Assembly: GCA_964199315.1 (NCBI GenBank)
Contig: OZ116699.1
Location: 31,806,001 to 31,870,000 of the forward strand
Direction: 5' to 3'
DNA length: 64,000 bases
DNA from: Orbicella franksi
Lineage: Eukaryota
Shown piece after piece: positions 14,601-27,500 of this stretch. Both the position numbers and the translations under genes were made by a program. Below the pieces are notes generated by a model. It was not told where the DNA came from, did not search any database, and saw nothing but the letters and a program-made list of their open reading frames with translations. Every line of letters starts with the position of its first letter. Position 1 is the stretch's first letter.

Positions 14601-16595
14601 ACAATGTGCCGATATTGGCAGATCAATTCACCATAGAAGGCAAATTCTGAGGTAAAGCAAGGAACACCTTTATGATTATCTTGTTGCCATTAAACCATCT
14701 CCATAGAGTAACGGAAATATTTCGCATTTTACTGTTCAGTGTTACAAACGCAAGAAATTCACTCACTTGAATTTTCCCGATGAAAGCTCTGACTCGTATT
14801 TCGCTTTTCGCTTTTAATCATTCTACAGCTCTAGTACTTATTACTACTGAAGTAATTCGCGACTCTTACTGATCATCAAGGATAAATCGAGAGGAAAAAA
14901 ATAGACAATAAACATATCTTACCTTTTGTGTTCGCCGAGAAATTCTACAACTGCTTAAACAACGCTTTTCATAGAAAAATTATACAAAAGACCCTCAAAG
15001 CAATATAAAAACGATGAGGTTTCTCGTGACTAAATTTCAATAACTGGAAAATGTTCCCATTAAATTGTTTTGCATAATTGTGAGACAAAAGTCATTAATT
15101 ATGCATAGCGCACAAAAACGCAGTGTTCACAAAAAGCACGGGACTCCCGGCTTACTTGTACCGGAGCAATTCTCCAGTGGCAATTTTAATTTCACTGGGA
15201 AATTGAATTAGACATCGACGTACCAATAAACATGAACAAAGTATCCTTATGTTTACGTAAGGCATCAGGTTTCTCGCCGAGTTGAAAGTGAAATTCGGTT
15301 TTAATTGAGGAAATCACAGATACGATTTTTGTCAAACACATTGTTTCCGTTCCTCGAAATTTCAGCTATAGTCATTAAAAATTCACATTATTTAAGGTGG
15401 CTGGCAAAGTTTCCCAGCCCTGACCGGAAGTTATGCTTTGATACCAATACTTTGATACCAATACTGAGTGATGATACAACATCGGTTTCACACAAATACC
15501 CAATCATTGGTCAACAGGTTACCATAGCAACAGTTAAGCCGGTTACCTGTGGCAGAAGCTTCAGAGCCATCTCAAATTTTCAAATATTTGATGTCTTTTT
15601 GACGCGAGTTATTATGATATTCAAGAAGCCCATGACATTCTCATTTCTTTACATTCAATTTCCTGCACGTCTATTGTCTCTTTCATAAGATCCATTTAGA
15701 ATGCGTTTGATACTAAAATATCTGGACGAAAATTAATTTTGAGGGGAAAAAAATTAAAATCAGACTATAAACTTTTTTATCACCAAAATCATCATTAGTA
15801 TTACTTTATTTTATTGCTTTAATCTTATCTCTTTTTCTCCCCTTTCTTTCAGAAGTCAATATATGATTTATGTCGTTTTGTTTTATTTTATTTTAATTCA
15901 TTTTGTTATTGCATGTTCAAACTATAATTTCAATAGTTATCCAGTACTATGTTATTAAATCTTTGGAAATAGAATTAACAATCGCCTAAGGGTTCGAGTT
16001 TTTCTTCCTCCCTGATTTACGAAACATTCTTTTCTTTGTTTGATATTCTCGCTGAAATTATCTGTCATTATAATTATTTTTAGTCGGTATCAGTAAGTTC
16101 TGCCACGGTTGTGCGTCGCAATTTTGCCTCCTAACTATAAAACCACCTAAAGCCTCTACGTTGAAAAACTGGCTACTGAGTACGAACTGTTTTAGCTCGC
16201 TAGATCACCAAAAAAGATAAAACAAATTACATTTAACGCATTCAATGTTTTTTGACAGTTTCTTATTTTATAAGTTAATTAAAAGACGCCAAATGAACGG
16301 TTTTAACCCGTCTTCAGTACTGGCCAACGACGTTACCACCGTGTTTTATGAAGACTGCACGATAATGTCATGATCACATCGTAGACCATGTCATTTTCTG
16401 GGTACAATGTATACCAATTTCCTGAAACGCGAGTGACTGATAACAACTGCCACTATGATTGCAGTTTCCTTTTGGAAAAGCACTTTATTATAGTATTGCT
16501 TACAAGTAAGAAAACAGTTGAAGAAATAATTGCGTGAAAGCACTATCCAGTGGTACTCAGAAGCTTTCAAGATTTCAGAAAACTTAAGCATAACA

Positions 16596-17648
16596 ATGAA
16601 CGGAACTCGACTGACTCCGTCGGGCTGCTTAAGTTCAAGTAATAGTACCGCGGAAAGAATCGCAGAAACCTTTGGTTACTGCTTGATTTTCGTCGTTTCG
16701 TTCTCTGGAAACACTTTCATTGGAATAATCGTCTATAAGACCAAAGCCATGCGCAAAACAATCAACTTTTTAATCGTTAACATGGCCATGTCTGATCTGG
16801 TGATGCCAATTTCCTTCATTTCATTGATCCTAGCGCAGGTAAATCACAGCTCCTGGCCAATCCGTGGTGCTCTTGGCATGGCCACGTGTAAGTTGGTCCA
16901 GTTCCTACCAAACGTCTCCATCGCCGTGTCTATTCAAAGCCTGCTACTGATCGCAGTGGATCGATTTGGTGCTGTAGTATTTCCACTCCGTTCTCCAATT
17001 ATCAGTTCAAAACTGTGCCCCTATCTCATTCTCACCACATGGATTGCCGCCATAATCTTGTTCTCCCCTCATTTGATCGGCTTCGAGCTTGTTGAATACC
17101 CAGGGAGACTTGCCTGCGAACTTCGATGGAAAAAGGCATTCGGAGAGACCTCGGACAATCGTATTTACTTAATAATACTTTTGCTGTTATTGGTTTGCAT
17201 TCCCTTCTGCTTAATAATCATTCTTTACACTAGCATATTTGTAAAGCTTAAGTCACAGAACCGTATAGGCGAGCCATCTTCCAACGCTGAACAGCAACGA
17301 CTAAAAAGACACAGGAATGTTCTGAGGATGGCAATTGCCATCGTTTTAGGGTTTGCTATATGCTGGGCGCCACTCTCTTCATACTATTTTTACTTCTTAC
17401 ATTCCCATCCTCGAGATGGCAGTGCATTGTCTTGTGGCGTCATAAGCAATTGGTCAACAGTTGGTATGTTTCTGGCTGACACAAATTGTGCTATAAACCC
17501 TTGCATATGTTTCGCTTTCAGTGAAAATTATCGTCAACACCTTTGGAGTCTTCTTAAGTGTGTTGGCGAATATTTAGGGTTAATCTTTCAAAGGTCAAGT
17601 AACCATAGTTCTTTCGTAGTGTCTCGTGAGGAAACAGCTAAAACCTAA
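16596..17648 (+). CDS. Intronless class A (rhodopsin-like) GPCR, neuropeptide-receptor-like, 350 aa
   Basis: Seven hydrophobic segments with GN (TM1), NMAMSDL (TM2), C in ECL1/TM3 plus C in ECL2, AVDRF (TM3), CWAP (TM6) and NPCIC (TM7). N-terminal sequons NGT and NST. First ATG is 16596; the ORF track begins at an upstream TTG. AATAAA at 17821. Confidence 0.95.
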   Translation: MNGTRLTPSGCLSSSNSTAERIAETFGYCLIFVVSFSGNTFIGIIVYKTKAMRKTINFLIVNMAMSDLVMPISFISLILAQVNHSSWPIRGALGMATCKLVQFLPNVSIAVSIQSLLLIAVDRFGAVVFPLRSPIISSKLCPYLILTTWIAAIILFSPHLIGFELVEYPGRLACELRWKKAFGETSDNRIYLIILLLLLVCIPFCLIIILYTSIFVKLKSQNRIGEPSSNAEQQRLKRHRNVLRMAIAIVLGFAICWAPLSSYYFYFLHSHPRDGSALSCGVISNWSTVGMFLADTNCAINPCICFAFSENYRQHLWSLLKCVGEYLGLIFQRSSNHSSFVVSREETAKT

Positions 17649-18012
17649 ATCCAACACTGTGTGATTAGTGGCTTAGAAAATGCCATGATTCCTAAATCGT
17701 TGAGCAACGATTAACTTAATGTTAATAACAGTAGTAATGTTATTTCAGAACCAAAACTGTTCAGTGTACTGTTTCAACCTTTTAAGGCTCGGTTGGAATA
17801 TATTCCTTTCCAGAAAGATAAATAAACCTAAAAGAACAGCGGGCATGGATCTCACGAAATAAAATTGTTTTCAATTAACAGCTAACGTCAAAACACTTGT
17901 TTACGTTAAAAAAATGAAAGATCAGATATTAAATTTTCAAGCGACGGAGGGAAATTTAAGGCAATGTCAGTTTCCTTTATTGAGCAATGTCTTTCTCGGA
18001 ATTAAATGATGT

Positions 18013-18235
18013 GGAGGCAGCGTGGTCGAGTGGTTTAGGGCGTTGGTGCTGTAATCCAGATGTCCCGGGCTCAAGGCCTCCACCCTGCCACTAGCGGGAT
18101 GCGTTTCTCGATAGTCCCGAGTTCAAATCCTCGGTCACGCTTTGTAAATAGCCACCTTGTCTGCCTCCTGCCAGTTGTGACTTTTAACTATGTTACGTGT
18201 ATTTGAAATATTTGTTTCCTTTGTTTCAGTGGCAC

Positions 18236-18280
<45 letters not shown>

Positions 18281-18338
18281 TCCACTATAAATAAGATTTA
18301 CATTTACATTTGCATTTACATTTACATTTACATTTACA
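18013..18338 (+). mobile_element. tRNA-derived SINE with (TTTACA)n tail
   Basis: A-box-like ggcagcgtggtcgagtgg, B-box-like gggctcaaggcc and a second gagttcaaatcc (bipartite head), then an AT-rich body ending in about 7 TTTACA repeats (18297-18338). Confidence 0.75.
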
Positions 18339-19549
18339 ATATTGAGAGGAAACTGCGATTAACTGATAACACATTTAGTGTAAGAATATGAACTTTTGAT
18401 TAAGTTATAATGTTCTGAACTCACCTTGTAAGGCGCATGCTTAGTAAACAATTGTTGATCCACGAAATGCACTATTATTATCAGTTTACACAAGCAGCAA
18501 AACAAGCGTTATTACTTTATAGTCCAAGTTATAACTCAGAAAGGTGACAATTAAATGAGTTTAACATCGGCTTTTTAATGAATCCAAAATCATTCAGCCA
18601 CATCCATTCAACAGATTCCACAGACGGGTTAGTGTACTATATTTTGCCCTTTCCAATTTTCTTTCAGTGCGCTTTTTTTAGACAATACTGCATACATATC
18701 GTCAAGTGGACAAATAAAACCTACAAAAATCCAAAACAAATTCCATGGACCGAATTCGAAATATAAAGGGCAATTTCAATTTCAGTTACAAATTCTATGA
18801 TAAAACACTGAAAAACTAAAAGAAAAGCCTCACCATATTCGCTACCGATCAAAACAAGCCTGTTTTAGTTCCTTTCCTGCATCTACAATGGGCGACAAAA
18901 GTGTCGAGACACTTTGCAATAAAATTCGATTTTCCGATCGTCTTGGAAACATTTCCCCCCTTTCCCCCAAACAATATAATGTTGATCGATTGTTCTATTT
19001 CTTCGACTGCACAGGCTACAGCGTCTACACAACATTGAATTGGGGGCCCGGGGGTATCGGAGAATTAACGCTACAAGCAAATAAAATAGAATAAGTGCTT
19101 AAATATCAAAAAGCGTCATTTTCTAAGAGTCTCAACTACTTTTGTCGCCAATTGTAGCTTCCTGATCAGCTATCGCATGCTCATTGGGGTATTTGTTTCG
19201 CCTGTTGAACGAATCGAAGATGTATTCTTGACAAGGAGACTTTTTAGCGAGATAGAACGCAGTTGAGTTTTCACTAAGTGCTAGGTTAAAGCAGAACTTT
19301 TGGCGGATTGCGTCCCAAGGGAAAAAATAACTTTTTATCGACTTTTATTTTTTCTGCTGCGCACGAAGAAATAGCTGAATACAATAGTAATATACCATGA
19401 ACAAGAGAATGCGTTTTCAATGTTTTTATTGACCATTTTTGCCACAAGGTCTTTCTGGTTTCTTCCACGAGTTTAAAAGAAGAATCTTTGTACTATGAAC
19501 CCGCGATTTATGCTTAATGTTATCCCCCACTAAACCATCGCCAGTTAGA

Positions 19550-21557
19550 TTAGTTCTTGGACATTTCGCTGTTTAGCCACGCCATGAGGTATTTCGTCTT
19601 GGCATACACGCCAAACTTTCCGGCCTGCGCACATCCATAGCCCCAGCTGGTGACGCCATGAAGATAAAACTTCCCACCAGTCTCACACACCATCGGTCCC
19701 CCACTATCCCCCTGACAGGAGTCAATTCCACCCTGGTCTAGGCCTGCGCAGATCATGGAGTCATGGATCTTCCCTGGGTAGGCTGAGTCACAGCGGGCGC
19801 GGCTGACTACGGGAACTTGGACCTGCTGAAGATAGTCTGGAACCAATCCACCGGAAGCAAGTCGACCCCATCCCGTAATCCAGCATTTGGTACCGTCAGT
19901 TGGTTCGGCTACGGCTTGCGGCAGACACACCAGATTTACAAACCTTAATAACGGGAGAGAGGATAAGTAGGAACAATTACGGTCAGCCGTTTTGAAGGCG
20001 CTTCTTTAACAGTGGCACCTTAAATAATTTATTAAATACAACGGTTATAACTGTTTCAGTTAATTTCAACGATCACGAAGGAAGTTATTGTCCAAATTAT
20101 ATCCTGAACATTTTGTACAGAACAAACCTCAAGTGAGAAGTCGAGATGGTTGGATATTTGTCAAATTTTCATTGCTAGATCTAGATGGTTTTTGGGCCAT
20201 AGCCACATGGAAAAACGAGGGTTACAATCAATCCACTTTTACCGTACACGCTTGGTCAATAAATAAAGTGTTGTATGGCACAAAGAACACCATTTTTCTT
20301 GCTGGAGACATTGGGCAAACCCGAACTTGCAGGGTACTTCCCACCCCCATTTCTGCTGGAGACTGCTTTAAAAACGGACTTGCTGCAATCTTTCCCAAGC
20401 TGGCGCGGTGCAAGTACCTGTCTAGCTGAGCTGGTTTTTCCAGTTTAAGTAAGGCGATGTCGTGACTGTATTTGGTCGGCTGGTGGTACGATGGATGGGT
20501 TATCACTTTGCTCACGACAATGTCCTGCTCGGTTCCAACGGTGTGTACACGTCTGTGGGCACCAAGTCTTAAAAAGAACATTGATAATTTTGACTTATAC
20601 TCGTGTAGACTTATACTCGTAACATTTTCCTCGGCGTAGAGGGGAAGCAATTTTGCTTCGTTGTAGCCAAACAGGCTATAGGGTAGGCTGCGAATGTAGA
20701 CGTACTTCCGGCTGTCGCTCTTTCTCCGCCAAAAATAGCTAACCCGCAATATCGGAGACAAGTGACAGCCGGAAACACGTCTGCGTTTGCAGGCTAGCTA
20801 TAGTGGCAACTCAAACATTTTGCCCCTGACAAAATTATTTATTATTAAATTATTTATCATTGCTGTAATTGCAAAGAATCAAATTTGGGATTGTAGAAGG
20901 AATCATGTACATCCTTATATTGAGGGTTTCCAATTTAGAATTAAAATAAAATATAAAATCGAGAAATATATTGCTGCCAAAGGACATAGGAAACTGTAGA
21001 ACTCCAATGCGCAGGTTGTCTCCCTCTTGATATTTTAATTTCATAGATTTTGTCATGTAATCAACATTGTATTTGTTATTATACTATAACTTCGTTTCTT
21101 TTTTCTTTCCTCTTTCTTAATATTTGCAGCGCATTGTTAGTTTAGTAGTATAACCAGTTTAAAGAATGTATATAAAATAGTATATCATTTGTGCACTCTA
21201 AAAAGGCGTAATACTCTAGGCCGCAGATCTGCACTGTTTGGTTATCAGTCAAAAATTCGTTTCAGTCAAATTTGTCTTTCTGTTAAAAACCCGTTTTCGA
21301 AAATAGCTAGTCCAGGCGTTTGAGAGCTGCATATCACTTGCGGGAACTAAGTATCTTGTTTTACCTTATGACGATGGAGCTGGGTGATTCATTCAGGACA
21401 CAGTGAGTCGCTGTTACCACCCACTGATCAGACACCAAGGAACCTCCACAGTAAGGGAAACCGGAAGTAGTACGTAACTGAACTTGCCACGGCCAGTCGC
21501 CATGTTTAGCATTCACACCGCCGACAATCCTGGAGTGTGGACGGATGCCGCAAGAAC
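19550..21557 (-). CDS. Protease domain 2: trypsin-type S1 peptidase (3 exons)
   Basis: R-IVGG activation site; His (TATHC), Asp (HDIAL) and Ser ([10 protein letters not shown]) triad intact; Asp189 equivalent present; VTSWG and FGVY motifs. Confidence 0.95.
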
Positions 21558-24500
21558 CTTGAAGGCCAAGGAAGGCAAAGATAAGTTGCGTTTTAGCCTA
21601 GTGGTGCATCAGTTTGGTGCTTATCGAGACGTATTTGCACCCTCCCATCCCCCCCCCCCGCCCAACCCAGTGAATGGAATGCCAGTCCATCACGTGGTTA
21701 TCCCCAGCATTACATTCGCCGGTACACATTTATATAACGGGTGAAGAGGCACCATGAGAGAAACGTTTCTTGCCTTAGAACACAGCACAAAGTCATAGCC
21801 GAGGCTCGAGCCCGAACTACTTGATCTGTAGTTCAGCATGTTCTATTTGAACACCAAAAAGGCACAGGCACAAGGCAAAGTGAACGATAGCATTTTATAA
21901 CATAGCGGGCGCGCCAGTCTTATTTAATTCCTGTTGACCCATCATGAACGATATCTCGATGTATTATATTACGCACAGCCGTGCGTATATAAGATGACGT
22001 GTAAAGTTTCAATTTAGGTACAAAATTTATGTCGATTTTAGTGCAAGTTTCGGCAATGTGAAGGATATTCTGAACAATCCAAACTCTACTTCGAGCCTTT
22101 GACTTTTGCCAAGCTAAGATGTTTACTTAAACTTGAGTATTTTGACATTGTTTGTCTACATTTTCATTCAGTATTTTTGACTTTGTTTGCCCACATTTTC
22201 TTTACAATTAATTCGAAGAAGCGAATTTTTCATTGACAATTTTAGAAACCAGATTAAGCGTTTTCGTTCAACCGGTGCTCAACAGATTGTGGCTTGTTAG
22301 GATCCTAAAGACCTTTGTCTTCCTTCACTTTGTAGTCAATCACAAATAAAACATGTTTTAGCGCCATGTTGTCGCCATGTTATAAAAGAATTGGTTCATG
22401 CTTTTAGCTGTGCGTATATCGAGTTATGGATGCACTTGGGAAGTTTGGAGAGCACTAAAAAAGCTAGAGTTGCTCTCGGCTATCGCCTTAAGCAACTCCT
22501 ACGCTTCTCTCGCACTCTGCAAACCTCCCGCGTGTATGCATCCATAACTCGTTATAATCCATCAAATATTTTCGCTCGCGCACGATTGGTCTAAACGCGT
22601 CACGTGACTAAATATTCCCTAGCTAAAACTGGGAAATAGCCGAGTGATATTCTCCAATTTTCAAAACCGCGCGTTTTGCGAAAAAAAATTGAAGAATAAT
22701 AAACACAATAGCCTACATTTGGCGCGAAAATGTGCTCGGATATTTGTCCTTGGACGTTATCTGTTCCTCACAGCTCACAGTTTTCTGTTGGTAATAATCA
22801 ACTTGCTTGTTTTCAAGAGTATTTTGCTATCAAATTGACTGATGTTCTCTAAGAAAAAGGACCATTTCCAAGTGCCATTGTAGCATTTTTTTTCCTAGTT
22901 ATACGTTTACCATAAATGGCTGGACTGTTTTCATCTTCATCTTTTCTTCACCTTTTCTCTCACTTCCAATTTAATTTTAATACAGAACATTGCCCATTTT
23001 GGACTGGAATAAAACAAATCAAATGATCACTGTGTATCGGCGCCATGTTTCCTCTTCGTAATCAGTGCTGCTTCACATCACGAATGAATCCTTGAGCAAA
23101 ATCTTCTCAGTATTTTCCTGCTGGCTCAATTACTCGGTTTCGTCCGGTGTTATTATTATTATTATTATTTTAATGGTAACAGTTAGGGAGTCAAATGCCA
23201 GTATTTTCTACACCCCCGGGGACGGGGGTGCTCGTCAGAAATATTAAAAAGAACCCCTAGGAGGTACCAAGATCCTGTTTTGTAGGCGTGGCTTGAAATG
23301 TTTTTCACTCCTAAGAGGTACCAATTCTAAAACAGCACATTTCTCCTGTCATATTTGTTCCGGCTCAATACTATAAAAGGTACTGCTTGAGGTACCGCTG
23401 TGAACCTTTTGAGGCTGAACACCCTGAGAGATACCAAAACCGCTTTTTCAAAGGCCAAAAAAGTACGACGAGCATTCCCATACTTTAACTATGGGAATCC
23501 TCCCCGGGTATATACGTATGCACTCTATTACTTCACATTTACCGAATTTTGACTATACGTTACAATTCTCTTACCGGATGGTCCTACAGGTGTCGTCGGC
23601 GGTGGAGGTGTTGCTGGCGAACTTGTCCCGCATCCTTGAAATATCATATTGAAGGGATATAAAGAAAATTCCACTCAGTGGGGCAACAAATTACCTGAGA
23701 GATGAACCCCTATAGGCAGACTGAAAAAGGATGCGGGATTTTGTTCTTTTAAGTTCTTTAAATGTACGTAAAGAAGAACGATCAAAATTTAAATACGATT
23801 TTGCTCATTAATGAAGCACTGTTGAAAAAAGTCAAATTGTTGGGAAAAAATATGACGCATAGTTTTATTTTGGAGAAAAAGCTGTGAGATAATTTTTGAT
23901 GATAACTCGGGGACTTTCTGGTTCAAAGAAATTTGCATCTCCACTTCCCACTTATAAAGTCGAGCAAATTATTCTTAATTAATCCGTCTCTGCTAGTCAG
24001 TAATTTCACACTCTTTTACATGTAGTCATACTGTACCAGTTGATAATTGCCTAGCTTAATTACTTTTTATTTGTCAGTTCTTTACTGAAATGTCGTGGTT
24101 AACAACTAGTTGATTAGCATACTTTTTCAGTGAACATTTTGTGAAATCACTTATTATCTTTGTTTTTGATAATGGGCAAACGTTGTCGGTATTAATGCTT
24201 GGCGTTTAACCGAAGAAGTCGAGTTAACTATTCAGAGTTGTTTCTGTTAGGGGATTATTTTATAGTTCATGTTTATCAAACTAAGCCCATGTTTTCTGCC
24301 TTTATGTTATGAGACATCTCTATAGTATAGCCTACCGTTGCTTCCAGATGAGGTGGGCGTAGGCACTGGTGGTTTTGTTGTTGCTGGGGGCGGTGTTGAA
24401 CCTTATAAAAATAATTTATAGGAAACAACGTCAGTTCTTCGACCCTTTTAAAAGTCTGTCCGAAAAAGGAACTTCCCAGTGAGAATTGGTTATCTCTGTC

Positions 24501-27500
24501 ATCTGAGAAATGACGCCTTGTTCCACAGTGATAGCTGAGATCTGAGTTCTGCATAATTTACTGCTGATTGCTGCGAAATGGACTGAAATTTTATATGAAA
24601 GCTGAGGAACCACTGGAAATACAACTGATAACTGAGATTCAATTCCAACATCCCTAATCAGACTTTCTAGAATCAACCATTCATTCTTCAGTAGAACACG
24701 AAAAGACACGAAGCGGGTTATATGCAAAAACGAATGGGGCTGCATAAACAGACTGTGGGCAAACTATGGCCTGTTTTATGACAAATTGCGCCAATTTTTA
24801 CACGGCAAGTTGCACTATTTCTAAAAGCAGAATGTTCTTGAATAACAAGCATTAACATTCCCTCTACGATAAAACTTACTTTTACTGCTTTATAAACTCA
24901 TATTCAGAACTTCTGTCTGAGAAAGCGAACACAATAACTTCTCTTACTAAACAACAGGGTGAACATAAAGAAATCCTGACCTAGATCGTTGTTGCCACAA
25001 TACCGTAGATGGCAGGTGGGTGTTCGCCACAACTCATACACGTAGTAACCACCGCAGTTACGAACCCGGATGTCTCTATACCAATAGCAAGGATTGCTGG
25101 ACCAATGAAAACAAACTTTACGTTTGACAGCACCTTCAGCTACTGTTGGATGCAAGCCATTAAGCCAGCCTGGCGCATGCGTTCCGCAGTGGTGTGTGGG
25201 TACAACTTGATCAGGCATCTGTGTGCCTGCGCCTCCTTCGAACTTATACCACTGCTTTGTAAACGGTACATCACATTTGAAGTTACTAAGCGCCTTGAAT
25301 CCTCTAGCACGATCCGTATCATTCAGTACTTGGTAGTTTGAACATTCTACAGCAAAACAATTGTTTAACTAATTAACAATTATTGAACGAGGTTAAGCAA
25401 TGTTGTGATTTTTCAATGGCGAGCAGTTCAGTTATTTGCAGAAGCCGAAGGCTGAGCCAAATAATTGAGCTGCGAGACACTGACACATCACGATATTGTG
25501 CGATATTTTGCGATAACTCTCCCATACCAGGTTTACTTCACGTTAAGGACAGTGCAGAGTATCTGCGTGCTACATAATTCCATTTGTCACGATTACGCGC
25601 AATGTTTTGCCCTATTAGAACACAAAAGCTTCTCATAAATTTGTGCCATTTTCTTCTTTAAGTTACAATACAAACTGACAAGAGAATATGCATTAACATT
25701 GAACTTTGAGGAGCTTCAACTGAATAGAGTTGTGGTGTTAAATATAGCTTTATTATTTTCATAACGTTTCGCTGTTTTAATCTTTACGTGGACAATATAT
25801 GTATCTGTGACGTTGACTGTGGGAGCCGGAGCCCCTGGACACCTCCACTACGGACACTTGCGCGTTTCTGTTTGGTGTCCGCGTCATTAACCGTGGTTTT
25901 CATCGTATTTGGAATTCGTAAATCTTGCCATCTTACCGTATTGACCTGTTGGGGTCGTTGGAGGTGGAGGTGTTGGTGCTGACGTTGTAACTGGGGGTGG
26001 ACGTGAACTTCCTAGAAATCAGACAACATGCAAAACACTGTTATGGTATTTGGGCGATCAGTGAGCATGTTAACTTAAATCAAAGGCTCTTTAAGCCAAC
26101 TCGTGATATTTGAAACGGACAAGCTCAGATAATGCATGTGACAAGTAAAAAAAAGATTTTAAGCTTATTTAGGTGGAATATTTGGGCTGTTTTGATTGTA
26201 ACTACCGATAAAGTAATCACGTCTTTAAAAAAAACAGACTGAATGGGTTATGTGCACAGTACTTTATACGTACCCTGGTGTGCAAACGGTCTTATTTCTT
26301 GCCAAGCTTTTAACGGATGGTTTGTGTTTATATAGGTAACGTAAAATAAATGTTTAAGTCATAAAAGTAATAAAAATTATATAAGAAAATGAGACGGCAT
26401 GGAAAATTTGATTAATTCTTGACAGAAAAGCTCTTAACGAGCCTGAAACCTTCGCACATAAATCGTAGCAACATTTCGATCAATAGCCGCTTCCAAGGCT
26501 ATCGATGGATCGAAATTTTAAACCCACCTTTGCTGCATACCAAATAGTCCTTAATTTGGGAACTCTTTTTGGGCTCCAAACTCGAAATATCATCACTTTA
26601 GTAGCCATTTTGTTGACAATATCAACGGTCGGGCAAATGTCGCCCCTCTCGCGAAATTCTCTGCTCAGCAGAATAACCACTAAAACATTTTAACGACCCA
26701 TGGACTGACTGACTAACTGACTGACTGACTGACTGACTGACTGACCAAGTGAATTACTTCTTCCTCAGCAAACTGCCATAATTCTCTCTCGCTACGCTAT
26801 CACTTGTCAAAAACAGATCGAAAAAAGTATCATGATGAACAAATAAAAACTTTAAAAACCAAATTTCTCTCACCTTAGTCAGAATTAAATATAAAAAAGT
26901 GTCACCACATGCATAATCAGCTCTTATTTGCCGCTGGTCCCCTGTCATNNNNNNNNNNNNNNNNNNNNNNNNNNNNNNNNNNNNNNNNNNNNNNNNNNNN
27001 NNNNNNNNNNNNNNNNNNNNNNNNNNNNNNNNNNNNNNNNNNNNNNNNNNNNNNNNNNNNNNNNNNNNNNNNNNNNNNNNNNNNNNNCGATTAGCGAATT
27101 CAATGTAAAGACGCTGGTATGAACCGGTGATCATTACATAAAACACAATTCACCAAATATGTACAAAAACCTATACACTACATTTGTGTTGTGCCTGATC
27201 TAATTCTATTAAAAAGTTAAAAGTTAAAATTCTTAGCGTTTTAAAAGCACGCAGGTCTTTGTGGGAGTCATTACATTCCTTTGCAGCAGCACACTCGAAG
27301 GTTGACTGCCCTATAGCTGTTTTGTATCTTGGGAGATGAAGTTCCCTTCTGTCTCTCAGGGCCTTACGACGAAATTCCTGATCTCGGTACAAAATACCCT
27401 TGAAGTTGCCTGGGAGAGTGATAATCATTTGCGATTTTATATAATAACTGCAGACGCAAATAACGGCGCCTGTTAGATAAAGTTAACAGGCCAAGTCTCT

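Noticed and set aside
18013-18090. tRNA-like sequence
   Set aside because: The cloverleaf and B box are degenerate and it continues into a body and tandem tail; it is a SINE head, not a tRNA gene. The same applies at 33857.
26702-26745. Regular repeats (also 31240-31322, 34585-34638, 56779-56950) as a possible CRISPR-like array
   Set aside because: These are simple or tandem repeats with no unique spacers, no cas genes, and a eukaryotic context.
26754-27146. ORFs spanning the N run
   Set aside because: Artefacts of translating Ns.
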